This document shows positions 1 to 12,352 of a stretch of DNA of 30,328 nt, piece after piece. The stretch covers positions 1 to 30,328 of the forward strand of contig JBGTDP010000137.1 of the NCBI GenBank assembly GCA_041748255.1, read 5' to 3'. Each line of letters opens with the position of its first letter. The first letter of the stretch is position 1. The translations under genes were made by a program, and so were the position numbers. The stretch is from Thermosynechococcaceae cyanobacterium (GTDB taxonomy: Bacteria; Cyanobacteriota; Cyanobacteriia; Thermosynechococcales; Thermosynechococcaceae). The notes below the pieces were generated by a model. It saw only the letters and a program-made list of their open reading frames with translations. It searched no databases and was not told where the DNA came from.

Positions 1-155
1 AGCATTGATAGGGTACAGGGGGTGAGGCTGGTCAATAACCCCGCTGTAAAGATTACCCCCAGACTTAAAAGTGTCAAATGGTTTAACTGGTTTGCCACCA
101 AGGCATCCGCAAACTGGTCTAACTGGTATAAATAGGTTTGAAGGGTTTCAATCAT
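1..155 (-). CDS. ccdA: Cytochrome c biogenesis protein CcdA (5' part; runs off the window start)
   Basis: Not in the ORF track. Manual translation from ATG at 155 gives MIETLQTYLYQLDQFADALVANQLNHLTLLSLGVIFTAGLLTSLTPCTLSML, with the CcdA/DsbD TM motif 'SLTPC'. It lies downstream of ftsW, as in the known cyanobacterial apc-ftsW-ccdA order. Confidence 0.9.
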   Translation of the reverse strand, partial: MIETLQTYLYQLDQFADALVANQLNHLTLLSLGVIFTAGLLTSLTPCTLSM

Positions 156-276
156 CAGCAAAGATGGGCGGCTGGAGGGCTTGATCGGCAATGAATCAGC
201 AATCAGGGTTGGTTCCCTAATCCCTTGGATAAGGTTGAATCAGATCCTAGATCCTGATCAAGAGTTAGTTCCTATT

Positions 277-1647
277 TTACCGACGTTTGCGAGGACCCTG
301 CGGAGAGGGTCGTTTAGTAGTGACGGGCAGGCGAGATCGCCCAGCACTTACCTTGCCAGCCGGTTTTTTCCGATCCTGAGGGACTAAACGACGGGATTTA
401 GCCCCCCTGGGCTTGGCTCTGCCTGGGCGCTCAGAGTTCAAATTGAAGTCGGAAACTGTCTGCTTGGGGATAGCCATCTTGCCTTGAGGCATAGTCTGGT
501 TGAGGGGAATGACTTCTGCCTCATACCCTTCTCGGGCCACCCTGACTAACAAGCCTGCCGCCAGCAAACTGGCAATCATGGAACTGCCACCGGCGCTGAA
601 TAAAGGAAAGGGCAAACCAGTCGTAGGCAAAGACCCAGTCGCAACGCCAATGTGCAGTAGGGACTGTCCCAGCATTAAAATCATAGCCCCAATGGCGATC
701 AGCCGATATTCAGCCACCTGGGTTCTTAAGGCAACCCGCAGGGCAATCACGCCATAGACGGTTAGTAGCAATAACAGCAAAAAACTCCCAACCAAGCCAA
801 ATTCTTCTGCGAAAACCGCAAAAATAAAGTCTGTATTCTGAAATGGCAGATAGCCAAGTTTTTGCTGTGAGAGCCCAAAGCCACTTCCCCAAATTCCACC
901 TGAACCTGTTGCTAAAAGACTTTGGATTAACTGATAGCCATCTCCCATTGAGTCAGCCCAAGGATTTAAGAAAGACATCACCCGTCGTCGTTGATACTGC
1001 TTAATGCTGACACTTAACAGGGCCAGCAAAAACCCTCCCATGGCTGCTCCTCCCAGATAAACATAGGGCAGCCCTGCTGCCAGTGCGACTAACCAAAGGG
1101 TAATTCCACACAGGGCAGTTGTACTGAGGTTGGGTTGAACCAAAATTCCTAGTAAGACTGCTCCAAAAATAATCAACCAGGTGGCTCGGAGTTTCCAGGA
1201 TAAACACTGCCATTGACTAAAAAATTGAGCGCTTTGAATCACAAGCAACGGCTTAATCAGTTCCGAGGGTTGAATTAGCACTGGCCCTAAGGCAATCCAG
1301 CGTGCGGCTCCATTTATTTGTACTCCCAAGCCAGGGATTCGCGTCGCAAACACCAACGCCAGCAAAATCAAAAACAACGGCGTACAAATTTTGAGTAGTC
1401 GGCGGAGTGGCGTATACACCAGGGCTTGAAATCCTACCAAGCCAATTCCTGCCCAGATCAGTTGCCGCTGAAAGTAAAACCCACTCCCAGATTCAACTTC
1501 AACCACATCAGTGTAGTAAGAGGCTGAGAATAGGACAGCCAAGCCCAAGAACAGCCACAGAAACGTTAGCCAGCGCAATAGCCGAGCTTCAATTGCCCAT
1601 GAGCGCACCGAAGGATCCAAAATTGGAATAAATCGCAGCAGTTTCAT
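277..1647 (-). CDS. ftsW: SEDS family peptidoglycan polymerase FtsW with a long basic C-terminal extension
   Basis: Multi-TM protein with SEDS motifs (GAARWI, IQPSELIK, QPNLST, GYQLIQS, TDFIFAVFAEEFG, TGLPFPLFSAGGSS). The ATG at 1647 (MKLLRFIP) is preferred over the GTG at 1662. Confidence 0.9.
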   Translation of the reverse strand: MKLLRFIPILDPSVRSWAIEARLLRWLTFLWLFLGLAVLFSASYYTDVVEVESGSGFYFQRQLIWAGIGLVGFQALVYTPLRRLLKICTPLFLILLALVFATRIPGLGVQINGAARWIALGPVLIQPSELIKPLLVIQSAQFFSQWQCLSWKLRATWLIIFGAVLLGILVQPNLSTTALCGITLWLVALAAGLPYVYLGGAAMGGFLLALLSVSIKQYQRRRVMSFLNPWADSMGDGYQLIQSLLATGSGGIWGSGFGLSQQKLGYLPFQNTDFIFAVFAEEFGLVGSFLLLLLLTVYGVIALRVALRTQVAEYRLIAIGAMILMLGQSLLHIGVATGSLPTTGLPFPLFSAGGSSMIASLLAAGLLVRVAREGYEAEVIPLNQTMPQGKMAIPKQTVSDFNLNSERPGRAKPRGAKSRRLVPQDRKKPAGKVSAGRSRLPVTTKRPSPQGPRKRR

Positions 1648-1742
1648 CGCAATTGAGCCCACCCAGAAACGTAGTCAGTATAACGAAACTTCGCAGTTTA
1701 ATTGTGACTTCTAGGGCAATGATCAAATTTGCATAAAAGCAT

Positions 1743-1768
1743 AAAAAAAAGAGGCCAAAATGACCCCT
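1743..1768 (-). terminator. Rho-independent terminator after apcC
   Basis: The minus strand reads AGGGGTC-ATTTT-GGCCTCT (7-bp stem with two G-U pairs), running into a T tract, about 45 nt after the apcC stop. Confidence 0.75.
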
Positions 1769-1811
1769 ACTAGCAAATAGAAACTAAACTTAGATTTGAA
1801 CTACTGCCCAG

Positions 1812-2015
1812 CTATGCAAGACCCGTGTTCATTCCAGGCTTACCGGTTGCTAGCTCAACCTTCATGATTTTGCCACCCATCTTCATAATTCGCTGCTGCT
1901 CCCGAAACCAATTTTCGTAGGGAACTAGTTTGGTAAAGTAGGTGTTTTGAAGTTCCCGTTGTGTCCGAATCCGGGTCTGGCTAGGAACACAAGCTGTAAC
2001 TTTAAACATGCGCAT
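1812..2015 (-). CDS. apcC: Phycobilisome 7.8 kDa core linker LC
   Basis: 67 aa, MRMFKVTACVPSQTRIRTQRELQNTYFTKLVPYENWFREQQRI; AGGAG RBS upstream; follows apcB. Confidence 0.98.
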   Translation of the reverse strand: MRMFKVTACVPSQTRIRTQRELQNTYFTKLVPYENWFREQQRIMKMGGKIMKVELATGKPGMNTGLA

Positions 2016-2335
2016 GGGATCATCTCTCCTAAGAAAGCAAAAATTGGATTATTATCGGGAGTTACCTGGGACCTGAACCGTCATCACACCATTTACCTGG
2101 CAGTGGCTCAAGGGCTTATATCTACCTGAGTGTGCTTGTGCTCCACCACCTGGAAACACTAGAGCCTTCACAGGTGTCCGTTGTTGAATAATTCAAAGGC
2201 TGGGAGCCAAAGGCCAGTACTAGATCGCTAAAACCAATCTTCAACCATTTGTCAAGATTAGTCTCTGACAAGCTAGTACTCACATTTGACTTCCCAGACT
2301 TCATTGCGAGCCTTTATTTAGCTCACTTGATTGAC

Positions 2336-2821
2336 TTAGCTCAAACCAGAGCAGATGTAGTCGAAGTAAACACCCATTTCCTTACCAGCATCAGAGCCAG
2401 CAAGACCAGAAGTTACTTCCTTCATGGCTTGGATGGATTGAACAGTGGCCGAAATTGGAACGCCTAAGGAATTGTAGGTTTCCTTAAGACCATTAAGAAC
2501 CCGCTCATCCAAAATGGAAGGATCACCAGCTAGCATGGCGTAGGTGGCATAGCGCAGGTAATAGTCAAGGTCGCGGATGCAGGCTGCATAGCGACGGGTG
2601 GTGTACATGTTGCCACCGGGACGGGTGATGTCAGAGTAAAGCAGGGACTTAGCCACTGCTTCTTTGACAATTGAAGCAGCATTGGCACTGATCACACTAG
2701 CTGCCCGAACTCGCAGCTCACCAGTTTGGAAATAGCCCTTAAGCTTTTCCATGGAGCCGGAATCGAGATACTTACCCTGAACATCTGAGGAGTTAATTAC
2801 AGCTGTAATTGCGTCTTGCAT
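2336..2821 (-). CDS. apcB: Allophycocyanin beta subunit
   Basis: 161 aa, [10 protein letters not shown]...[24 protein letters not shown], with the chromophore Cys and the methylatable Asn (GGN). Confidence 0.99.
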   Translation of the reverse strand: MQDAITAVINSSDVQGKYLDSGSMEKLKGYFQTGELRVRAASVISANAASIVKEAVAKSLLYSDITRPGGNMYTTRRYAACIRDLDYYLRYATYAMLAGDPSILDERVLNGLKETYNSLGVPISATVQSIQAMKEVTSGLAGSDAGKEMGVYFDYICSGLS

Positions 2822-2885
2822 GATTTGATTTCCTTAATGTACGTAACCTTCAATAATTTGACCTGAAGTGATTGAAGCCGCAAAC

Positions 2886-3371
2886 TTACTGCATAGCACC
2901 AATGACATAGTCAAAGTAGGAGCCAGCTTCGTCAGCGTCTTCACCAGACATCATCGAAGTGACAACATTTTTCATCGCCCGAATTCCCTCTGCCACAGCG
3001 GGAATTGGAGTGCCTAGAGAGTTGTACATTTCCCGCACGCCAACAATCCCAATTTCTTCAATTGGGGTGACATCACCAGAAACAATTCCGTAGGTGACTA
3101 GGCGCAGGTAGTAATCTAAGTCGCGCAGGCAAGTTGCTGTCATCTCTTCACCGTAGGCGTTGCCACCAGGGGAAACGATGTCAGGACGCTTTTGGAACAT
3201 TTGATCGCCAGCTTGCTTAACAATGCGCTCGCGGCCATCGGTCATGGCTTGGGCAATCCGGAGGCGACGCTCACCACCGGTGACAAAGCTCTTGATCCGA
3301 TCCAACTCACCAGGGCTGAGATAGCGGGCCTCAGCGTCCGCATTCACGATTGATTTCGTGACTACACTCAT
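2886..3371 (-). CDS. apcA: Allophycocyanin alpha subunit
   Basis: 161 aa, [27 protein letters not shown]...[14 protein letters not shown]; GGAGG RBS upstream. Confidence 0.99.
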   Translation of the reverse strand: MSVVTKSIVNADAEARYLSPGELDRIKSFVTGGERRLRIAQAMTDGRERIVKQAGDQMFQKRPDIVSPGGNAYGEEMTATCLRDLDYYLRLVTYGIVSGDVTPIEEIGIVGVREMYNSLGTPIPAVAEGIRAMKNVVTSMMSGEDADEAGSYFDYVIGAMQ

Positions 3372-3687
3372 TGATGGATTCCTCCAGTAAAAAATAGAAC
3401 CGGGTGTCTAACGAAGTTGATTGGGTAGCTGAGCTGATCTCCCTTGGCTCTTTAGCAAGGCTCCAGTGACGTTGAAGCAGTGAATCACCCTTGACTGTTC
3501 TGTCGTTGGAGCTACCTCTATAGCCATCAAACTCAGTGACCTTCCGCAAACATTTTCGGGCATTACGGCCAACTTAAGGCTTTGACTGTAATAGTTTTTA
3601 ATAAATCCGCTTGGTTCTCGCGAGTTTTCGCAGCATTGGGTGAAATTTCATCGCCTGCTTTTGAACTTATGTAAATCCCTATCAGAA

Positions 3688-3720
3688 ATCTCTGGGATGT
3701 CTTAAGGGCATCCCAGAGAT
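3688..3720 (-). terminator. Strong stem-loop after apcE (terminator or 3'-stabilising hairpin)
   Basis: ATCTCTGGGATG-TCTTAAGGG-CATCCCAGAGAT is a perfect 12-bp inverted repeat 43 nt after the apcE stop. Only a weak U tract follows on the minus strand. Confidence 0.7.
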
Positions 3721-3763
3721 AAGAGATTAATTAGGGAACTATCGCAACTAGGCCCACAGCAGC

Positions 3764-7174
<3,411 letters not shown>

Positions 7175-7556
7175 TCAGATTACTGCGCAAAAACGGACCA
7201 CCAAGCTCACAAGGTAACTCTGTAAATGTAAATATTTCTTAAGTAAAATAGCTGCTCAAGTTACCAGTTGTGAGAATTTTGGGTGGCTTGGTTTAATGTT
7301 TAGATTAAAACGTTTTGGGCCAGTTCCACTTGTTGCTTAACAAATGTCTAGCACTTTATGAGTCGTTTCTTTGAAAAGCTAAATCCCTGATTCTAGATTA
7401 GAGATTTAGTTGTCTTTATTTAATTTATTAGCCTTTAAGCGGGACGCATAGCATTAAGTAACCGTAACTTTTTTGTAAACTTTAATGAAGTTGGTTTTCC
7501 CCGCAAGCCGATAGCAGCGATAAACCCAGGAGAGGGCGTTGATTAGAGAAGCAAAG

Positions 7557-8981
7557 CTAGTCCAACTCTCCGGCTAGAACCGTGGCGATCGCCGCTCTAG
7601 CATTACTGCGAAACTCCGCAACATTCACCCGATTTAAGAACCAAACTGCTAGGACCATCCCGGCTGCTTCCAGGGCAAAAACCAAACTGTAGGCTAGGAC
7701 CGGAGCAGCAAACAACTGCCGTCCCAGATCTAATAGCGCCCCCCCGGTGACCGTGGCGGTGGCCTGGGCCATTGCCTGGGCCAGCCCCCAGGCCCCAATA
7801 AACGTGCCGGCAGTTTCAGCGGCGGTCAGATCGAGCATTAAACTCACAGCGCCATTGGTTGTGACCCCAAACCCTAAGCCCAGAAGGACCATGGTTGTTT
7901 GCAGCAGCCCCTGGCTGCCCCAGAATCCAGCCATAATCACTAGACAAAAACATCCAGCTACAAGCAAGCATCCCCATTTAGTCGTTCGCTGCTTGCCCAG
8001 GCGGGGGACAATCATAAACCCCGTCACACTGATGCCAATCAGGGTTCCCATACCCCAAAAAGCATTCAGCTGGGTGCTCTGGGCCACCGTCATCCCAAAA
8101 ACCTCCCCTGCGTAGGGTTCTAGGACCGGCTGTTGCAGAAATAAGCTGATCGTCATTACCAGCAGAAAAGTAAAAAATAATCCGGTCTGGCGACTGGCGG
8201 TGAGAACTTTTAAGGCGGTGCCCAGGGTGATTCGATCTTCGCGATCGATCAAGACAGAGCGGGAGCGGTAGCGAGAATATTTCTTTTCGACTCCCACCGT
8301 AGCTAGGAACGATAACCCCAAAACCATCGCTGGCACAATCAAGAACAGGCGGTTAATTGAGCTTTGAAGGGTCTCAGGGGTCAAGCCTTCCACCAGCTTG
8401 GCGCTCACCACTGCCCCGATCACAATCCCCACCATCAGCATTGACCAGACAATCCCCACCAGTTTTGAGCGATTATCTTCATCTGAGACATCCACTAACA
8501 GGGCAGCAAAGGGAGTAGAGCCACAACTAATAAAGATTCCATAGAGTCCAAACATCAAGGCCAGCAGCCCAGTCCAACCATAGGTTTGTACTGTCCATCC
8601 TTGGGCCTGAAGACTGTTTCCCAACTGCCAAACCACCTGAACCGCCAAGAAGGACGTGAGGGTAAACAGAATCGTGCCCAGCCAGATATAGCCACTGCGA
8701 TGGTAGCCAAACAGCGTTTTGGCATCAGACATCTGGCCCAGCCAAACCCTGGCTGGAGAGACAAACTGATACATGGCCAGGACAGCCCCGGCGATCGTGG
8801 CGGGAACCGCCAATAAGCTTTGATCAATCAAGACCCGGTTCAAAACCCCCAGGGTCAAAATTGACATAATCCCCAGGCCCATCTGATACAGGCCCAGGCG
8901 AAACATCGTCAGCAGGTTAATCCGTTTTTCAGCCCCAGGGGGAAACGCGGAGGGCAGATTTTGTAGATCGCTGCTTGCCAT
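7557..8981 (-). CDS. BCD family (PucC-like) MFS transporter
   Basis: 474 aa with about 12 TM segments. RLGLYQMGLGIMSILTLGVLNRVLI, GQMSD..TLFGYHRSGYIW, and GTFIGAWGLAQAMA are typical of PucC/BCD proteins. Confidence 0.85.
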   Translation of the reverse strand: MASSDLQNLPSAFPPGAEKRINLLTMFRLGLYQMGLGIMSILTLGVLNRVLIDQSLLAVPATIAGAVLAMYQFVSPARVWLGQMSDAKTLFGYHRSGYIWLGTILFTLTSFLAVQVVWQLGNSLQAQGWTVQTYGWTGLLALMFGLYGIFISCGSTPFAALLVDVSDEDNRSKLVGIVWSMLMVGIVIGAVVSAKLVEGLTPETLQSSINRLFLIVPAMVLGLSFLATVGVEKKYSRYRSRSVLIDREDRITLGTALKVLTASRQTGLFFTFLLVMTISLFLQQPVLEPYAGEVFGMTVAQSTQLNAFWGMGTLIGISVTGFMIVPRLGKQRTTKWGCLLVAGCFCLVIMAGFWGSQGLLQTTMVLLGLGFGVTTNGAVSLMLDLTAAETAGTFIGAWGLAQAMAQATATVTGGALLDLGRQLFAAPVLAYSLVFALEAAGMVLAVWFLNRVNVAEFRSNARAAIATVLAGELD

Positions 8982-9108
8982 AGTGGTTTAAGTAATTGCT
9001 GCTATTGAGTGCCAGAAAAATCGCGATCGCCCCCAAAGCCGTTCTGACTCAAAAGGCTGACCTTTGTACTCTAACTTGCCCTGACCCTGGGTATTCGCAC
9101 AAAAGCCC

Positions 9109-9462
9109 TCAGCGCCTGACCAAATCTACAAGGCCAACTAATGCACAAGCAAGCAGGTAGTAGTAAATAATTAGGGCAATTCTATAACCCAGATCAAATC
9201 CAATGCCGGAATACTCCCAGCCCAGGCTTCTCAGAATAGCCATTAGCCCAAACAGCGGCACCATTGTAATAACCCAAGCAAACCAGAGAGGCAAAGGTCG
9301 CAACAGGTCATAGAGAGGCGGTTTAGTTGCCGGATCATCACTAAACGCCCAGGCTTGAATCTGTCCCCCGGCGGCGAGTAACAAAAGCAAGACAAATAGC
9401 AACCCCTTTCTCCAGTCAGGCTTTAAGAATCTTTTTAGCGCAACTCCGAGCGATTGTCTCAT
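9109..9462 (-). CDS. Hypothetical integral membrane protein (about 3 TM)
   Basis: Open frame with three hydrophobic segments (GLLFVLLLLLAAGG; LWFAWVITMVPLFGLMAIL; IALIIYYYLLACALVGLV). ATG at 9462, alternative TTG at 9480. No recognisable family. Confidence 0.7.
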   Translation of the reverse strand: MRQSLGVALKRFLKPDWRKGLLFVLLLLLAAGGQIQAWAFSDDPATKPPLYDLLRPLPLWFAWVITMVPLFGLMAILRSLGWEYSGIGFDLGYRIALIIYYYLLACALVGLVDLVRR

Positions 9463-9764
9463 GTAAGGGATTGATTCCAAAACAGACTCAGATTTAAGCC
9501 GTTCAGAACTGCAGAGCAGAGATAGTTCGTTCAGACGATATATGTGCCAGAAGTCTATGGATTGTCAGAGGACGAAGCTACTGATATGTTGCTGCGACGG
9601 GTGAAATTGGTCGGTGACTTTAGGATCTACCTGCCTAGCACTATTCCCTGGCTGTTGCGTCGGTCTCAAGCTGCAACGAAGTTAAGCGTTGTGCTTCGGG
9701 CTGCGGATGGTTATGTATTAAGTGTTAGCCTGAGTTACCCCTAGCAGCATTTTAATCGGGTCCC

Positions 9765-10976
9765 ATGTCAGACGATTCTCAAATTTCGGCGGCAGTTCAG
9801 AAACTCTACGACACCTATCCTTTCCCCCCCGATCCGCTGTTGGATGCCCCGCCCCCTGGGTACAATTGGCGCTGGAATTGGGTGGCTGCCTACAGCTTTT
9901 GCACGGGCCTAAAACCAACTAGGCAAAAGGTGCGGATTTTAGATGCCGGTTGCGGCACCGGGGTGGGTACCGAGTATCTGGCCCATTTGAATCCTGAGGC
10001 CGAAGTTGTAGCGATTGATCTGAGTTCTGGGGCTTTAGCCGTGGCCCAGGAACGCTGCCAGCGATCGGGGGCGGGTCGGGTTGAGTTTCACAACCTGAGT
10101 CTTTATGACGTAGCGCAGGTGCCGGGGGAATTTGATCTAATTAACTGTGTCGGGGTGCTTCACCATCTGCCGGACCCCATTCGAGGTCTGAATTCCCTGG
10201 CCCCAAAACTGGCCCCCGGTGGAATAATGCATATCTTTGTCTATGGGGAGCTAGGGCGCTGGGAAATCAAACTAATGCAACAGGCGATCGCCCTGCTCCA
10301 AGGCCCCCAGCGGGGGGACTATCAAGATGGGGTAAAAGTCGGTCGGCAACTGTTTGCCAGCCTGCCTGAGAACAATCGGTTGGTCAAGCGAGAGCAGCAG
10401 CGCTGGTCTTTAGAAAATCAGCGGGATGAGTGTTTTGCGGATATGTATGTTCATCCGCAAGAAATTGACTACACTATTGAGTCTTTATTTGAGCTCATTG
10501 ATGCTGCTGAGCTAGACTTCATCGGATTTTCAAATCCTGTCACCTGGGATCTGGAGCGATTGATTGGTAGCGATTCTGAACTAATCAAACGGGCTGAAGG
10601 ACTCAGCGATCGGCAGCGCTATCGCTTGGTGGAACTGCTGGACCCAGAAGCAATTACCCACTACGAATTTTTCTTGGGTCGTCCCCCTTTACCGAGAGAG
10701 GATTGGTCTGCTGAGGCCCAACTGCTGGCGGCGTTGCCAGAGCTACACCCCTGTATTGAGGGTTGGCCGAGTAACTGTTTATTTAACGGTGACTATCAAA
10801 TTGTCAGGCTCTCAGAGGCAGAATATAATTTCCTCCAGGCCTGTGAGGCCAATGCCACTTCTGAAGCTGTGAGTGTGGGGGAGATTCTAGCCAAGCTGCC
10901 CTTAGATCTAGAGGCAGTGCGATCGCTTCTGAGCCAGCAATTAATTCTGCTTTCCCCCGGTCCTGGCAGCCTTTGA
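9765..10976 (+). CDS. cpcM: Class I SAM-dependent methyltransferase, probably the phycobiliprotein beta-subunit Asn methyltransferase CpcM
   Basis: 403 aa with SAM motif ILDAGCGTG. The N-terminus (LYDTYPFPPDP...GYNWRW), the size, and the position between apcE and atp1 match my recollection of CpcM (Nostoc All0012 / Synechocystis Sll0487). Not verified by search. Confidence 0.72.
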   Translation: MSDDSQISAAVQKLYDTYPFPPDPLLDAPPPGYNWRWNWVAAYSFCTGLKPTRQKVRILDAGCGTGVGTEYLAHLNPEAEVVAIDLSSGALAVAQERCQRSGAGRVEFHNLSLYDVAQVPGEFDLINCVGVLHHLPDPIRGLNSLAPKLAPGGIMHIFVYGELGRWEIKLMQQAIALLQGPQRGDYQDGVKVGRQLFASLPENNRLVKREQQRWSLENQRDECFADMYVHPQEIDYTIESLFELIDAAELDFIGFSNPVTWDLERLIGSDSELIKRAEGLSDRQRYRLVELLDPEAITHYEFFLGRPPLPREDWSAEAQLLAALPELHPCIEGWPSNCLFNGDYQIVRLSEAEYNFLQACEANATSEAVSVGEILAKLPLDLEAVRSLLSQQLILLSPGPGSL

Positions 10977-11014
10977 TGATTTTTGACTGAACATTAAGTA
11001 TTGTTGCCTGAGCG

Positions 11015-11023
11015 TGATATGAT
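11015..11023 (+). promoter_or_regulatory. Candidate extended -10 promoter for the atp operon
   Basis: TGaTATGAT (TGn plus TAtgAT) about 40 nt upstream of the atp1 start. No clear -35 element. Confidence 0.35.
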
Positions 11024-11062
11024 CGTTCCTGGTCTGTAGCCAAGCTAGCAAGCCAAGATTTT

Positions 11063-11497
11063 GTGACTTCGTCAGAACCTGCGATCGAAGCTGTTTCCAA
11101 CCCTGAGATTGATCCATCAGATCCCACCCCCTTGGAATCTGATCGTTCGATGGGAGAGTTTTACCAACTTAAGGCAGAGTTGCTAAGTTCAACCCTGATT
11201 CTAACAGGGTTGATTTTTGGGCCTGTCTGGTACTTTTATTCCCTGAGCATTGCCTTAAATTATTTGCTTGGGGCGTGCGTAGGTGTGGTTTACTTGAGAT
11301 TGTTGGCGAGAAATGTTGAGCAGCTTGGAAGCCAAAATCAAAAAATTGGCAAGTCTCAGCTAGCGGTCTTCGTTGGGTTGATTATCTTTGCAATTCAGTG
11401 GAACCAGTTAGAGGTTTTGCCGGTCTTTCTCGGCTTTCTTACCTATAAAGCTGCGATCATTATCTATATGCTTCGGACTATAGTCATTCCTCAGTAA
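11063..11497 (+). CDS. atp1: ATP synthase protein I (Atp1/UncI)
   Basis: 144 aa, 4 [15 protein letters not shown]...[13 protein letters not shown]...[10 protein letters not shown]; first gene of the cyanobacterial atp cluster. Confidence 0.92.
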   Translation: MTSSEPAIEAVSNPEIDPSDPTPLESDRSMGEFYQLKAELLSSTLILTGLIFGPVWYFYSLSIALNYLLGACVGVVYLRLLARNVEQLGSQNQKIGKSQLAVFVGLIIFAIQWNQLEVLPVFLGFLTYKAAIIIYMLRTIVIPQ

Positions 11498-11578
11498 ATG
11501 AAGATGACCCGGATTTTCGCCTTAATCGACCGAAAATCTAAAGCAGTGACGTGACATTCCAGTGAGGTTGGGCCGATT

Positions 11579-12352
11579 ATGCACCACAGCAGCCTACTGC
11601 TAGACTTACTTCAACCGTTTGACACTTCTCTTGCCAGCTTAGAGGTGGGGCATCACCTTTATTGGCAGCTAGGCAACCTCAAGATTCATGGTCAGGTCTT
11701 TATTACCTCTTGGATTGTCATTGGCCTGCTGCTGATTGCCTCCATTGCTGCAACCCGAAATATCCAGCGAATTCCCACTGGCATCCAAAATTTGATGGAA
11801 TATGCCTTGGAGTTTGTCCGAGATATCGCTAAAAATCAAATTGGTGAGAAAGAATATCGGCCTTGGGTGCCCTTCGTTGGCACCCTCTTTTTGTTTATCT
11901 TTATTGCCAACTGGTCTGGTGCCCTGGTTCCCTGGGGATTTATTAAGCTGCCAGAGGGGGAGTTGGCAGCACCGACAAACGACATCAATACAACTGTTGC
12001 TTTGTCACTGTTGGTCTCCCTAGCCTACTTCTATGCCGGGTTTAAAAAGCGGGGTCTGGGTTACTTTGCCAAGTACATTGAGCCCACTCCCATCCTGCTG
12101 CCCATTGCCATTCTGGAAGATTTTACCAAGCCCCTCTCCCTAAGCTTCCGTCTATTTGGTAACATTCTGGCGGATGAACTGGTGGTTGCAGTCTTAGTGC
12201 TGTTGGTTCCCTTGTTCGTCCCGTTGCCGGTTATGCTCCTGGGCTTATTTACCAGTGCGATTCAAGCTCTGGTGTTTGCCACCCTGGCCGCAGCTTACAT
12301 TGCCGAGGCAATGGAGGGCCACGGGGGTGAAGCGCATGAGGCCCACTCTTAA
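11579..12352 (+). CDS. atpB: F0 subunit a (cyanobacterial atpI)
   Basis: [25 protein letters not shown] with the essential Arg, IQALVFATL. Confidence 0.98.
   Translation: MHHSSLLLDLLQPFDTSLASLEVGHHLYWQLGNLKIHGQVFITSWIVIGLLLIASIAATRNIQRIPTGIQNLMEYALEFVRDIAKNQIGEKEYRPWVPFVGTLFLFIFIANWSGALVPWGFIKLPEGELAAPTNDINTTVALSLLVSLAYFYAGFKKRGLGYFAKYIEPTPILLPIAILEDFTKPLSLSFRLFGNILADELVVAVLVLLVPLFVPLPVMLLGLFTSAIQALVFATLAAAYIAEAMEGHGGEAHEAHS

Noticed and set aside
242-259. AGATCCT tandem heptamer as an STRR element
   Set aside because: Only two copies, which is compatible with chance.
7451-7480. HLR1 site upstream of apcE (minus strand GTTTACAAAAAAGTTACGG)
   Set aside because: The half-sites are 11 nt apart rather than 10. 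The TTAC repeats at about 7213-7235 also lack the right period.
9542-9918. Small ORFs upstream of cpcM (9544-9744 +, 9718-9918 -, and a 20-aa Cys-rich frame from ATG 9542)
   Set aside because: No RBS, no recognisable motif and no coding-like composition. They are most likely chance frames in a divergent promoter region.
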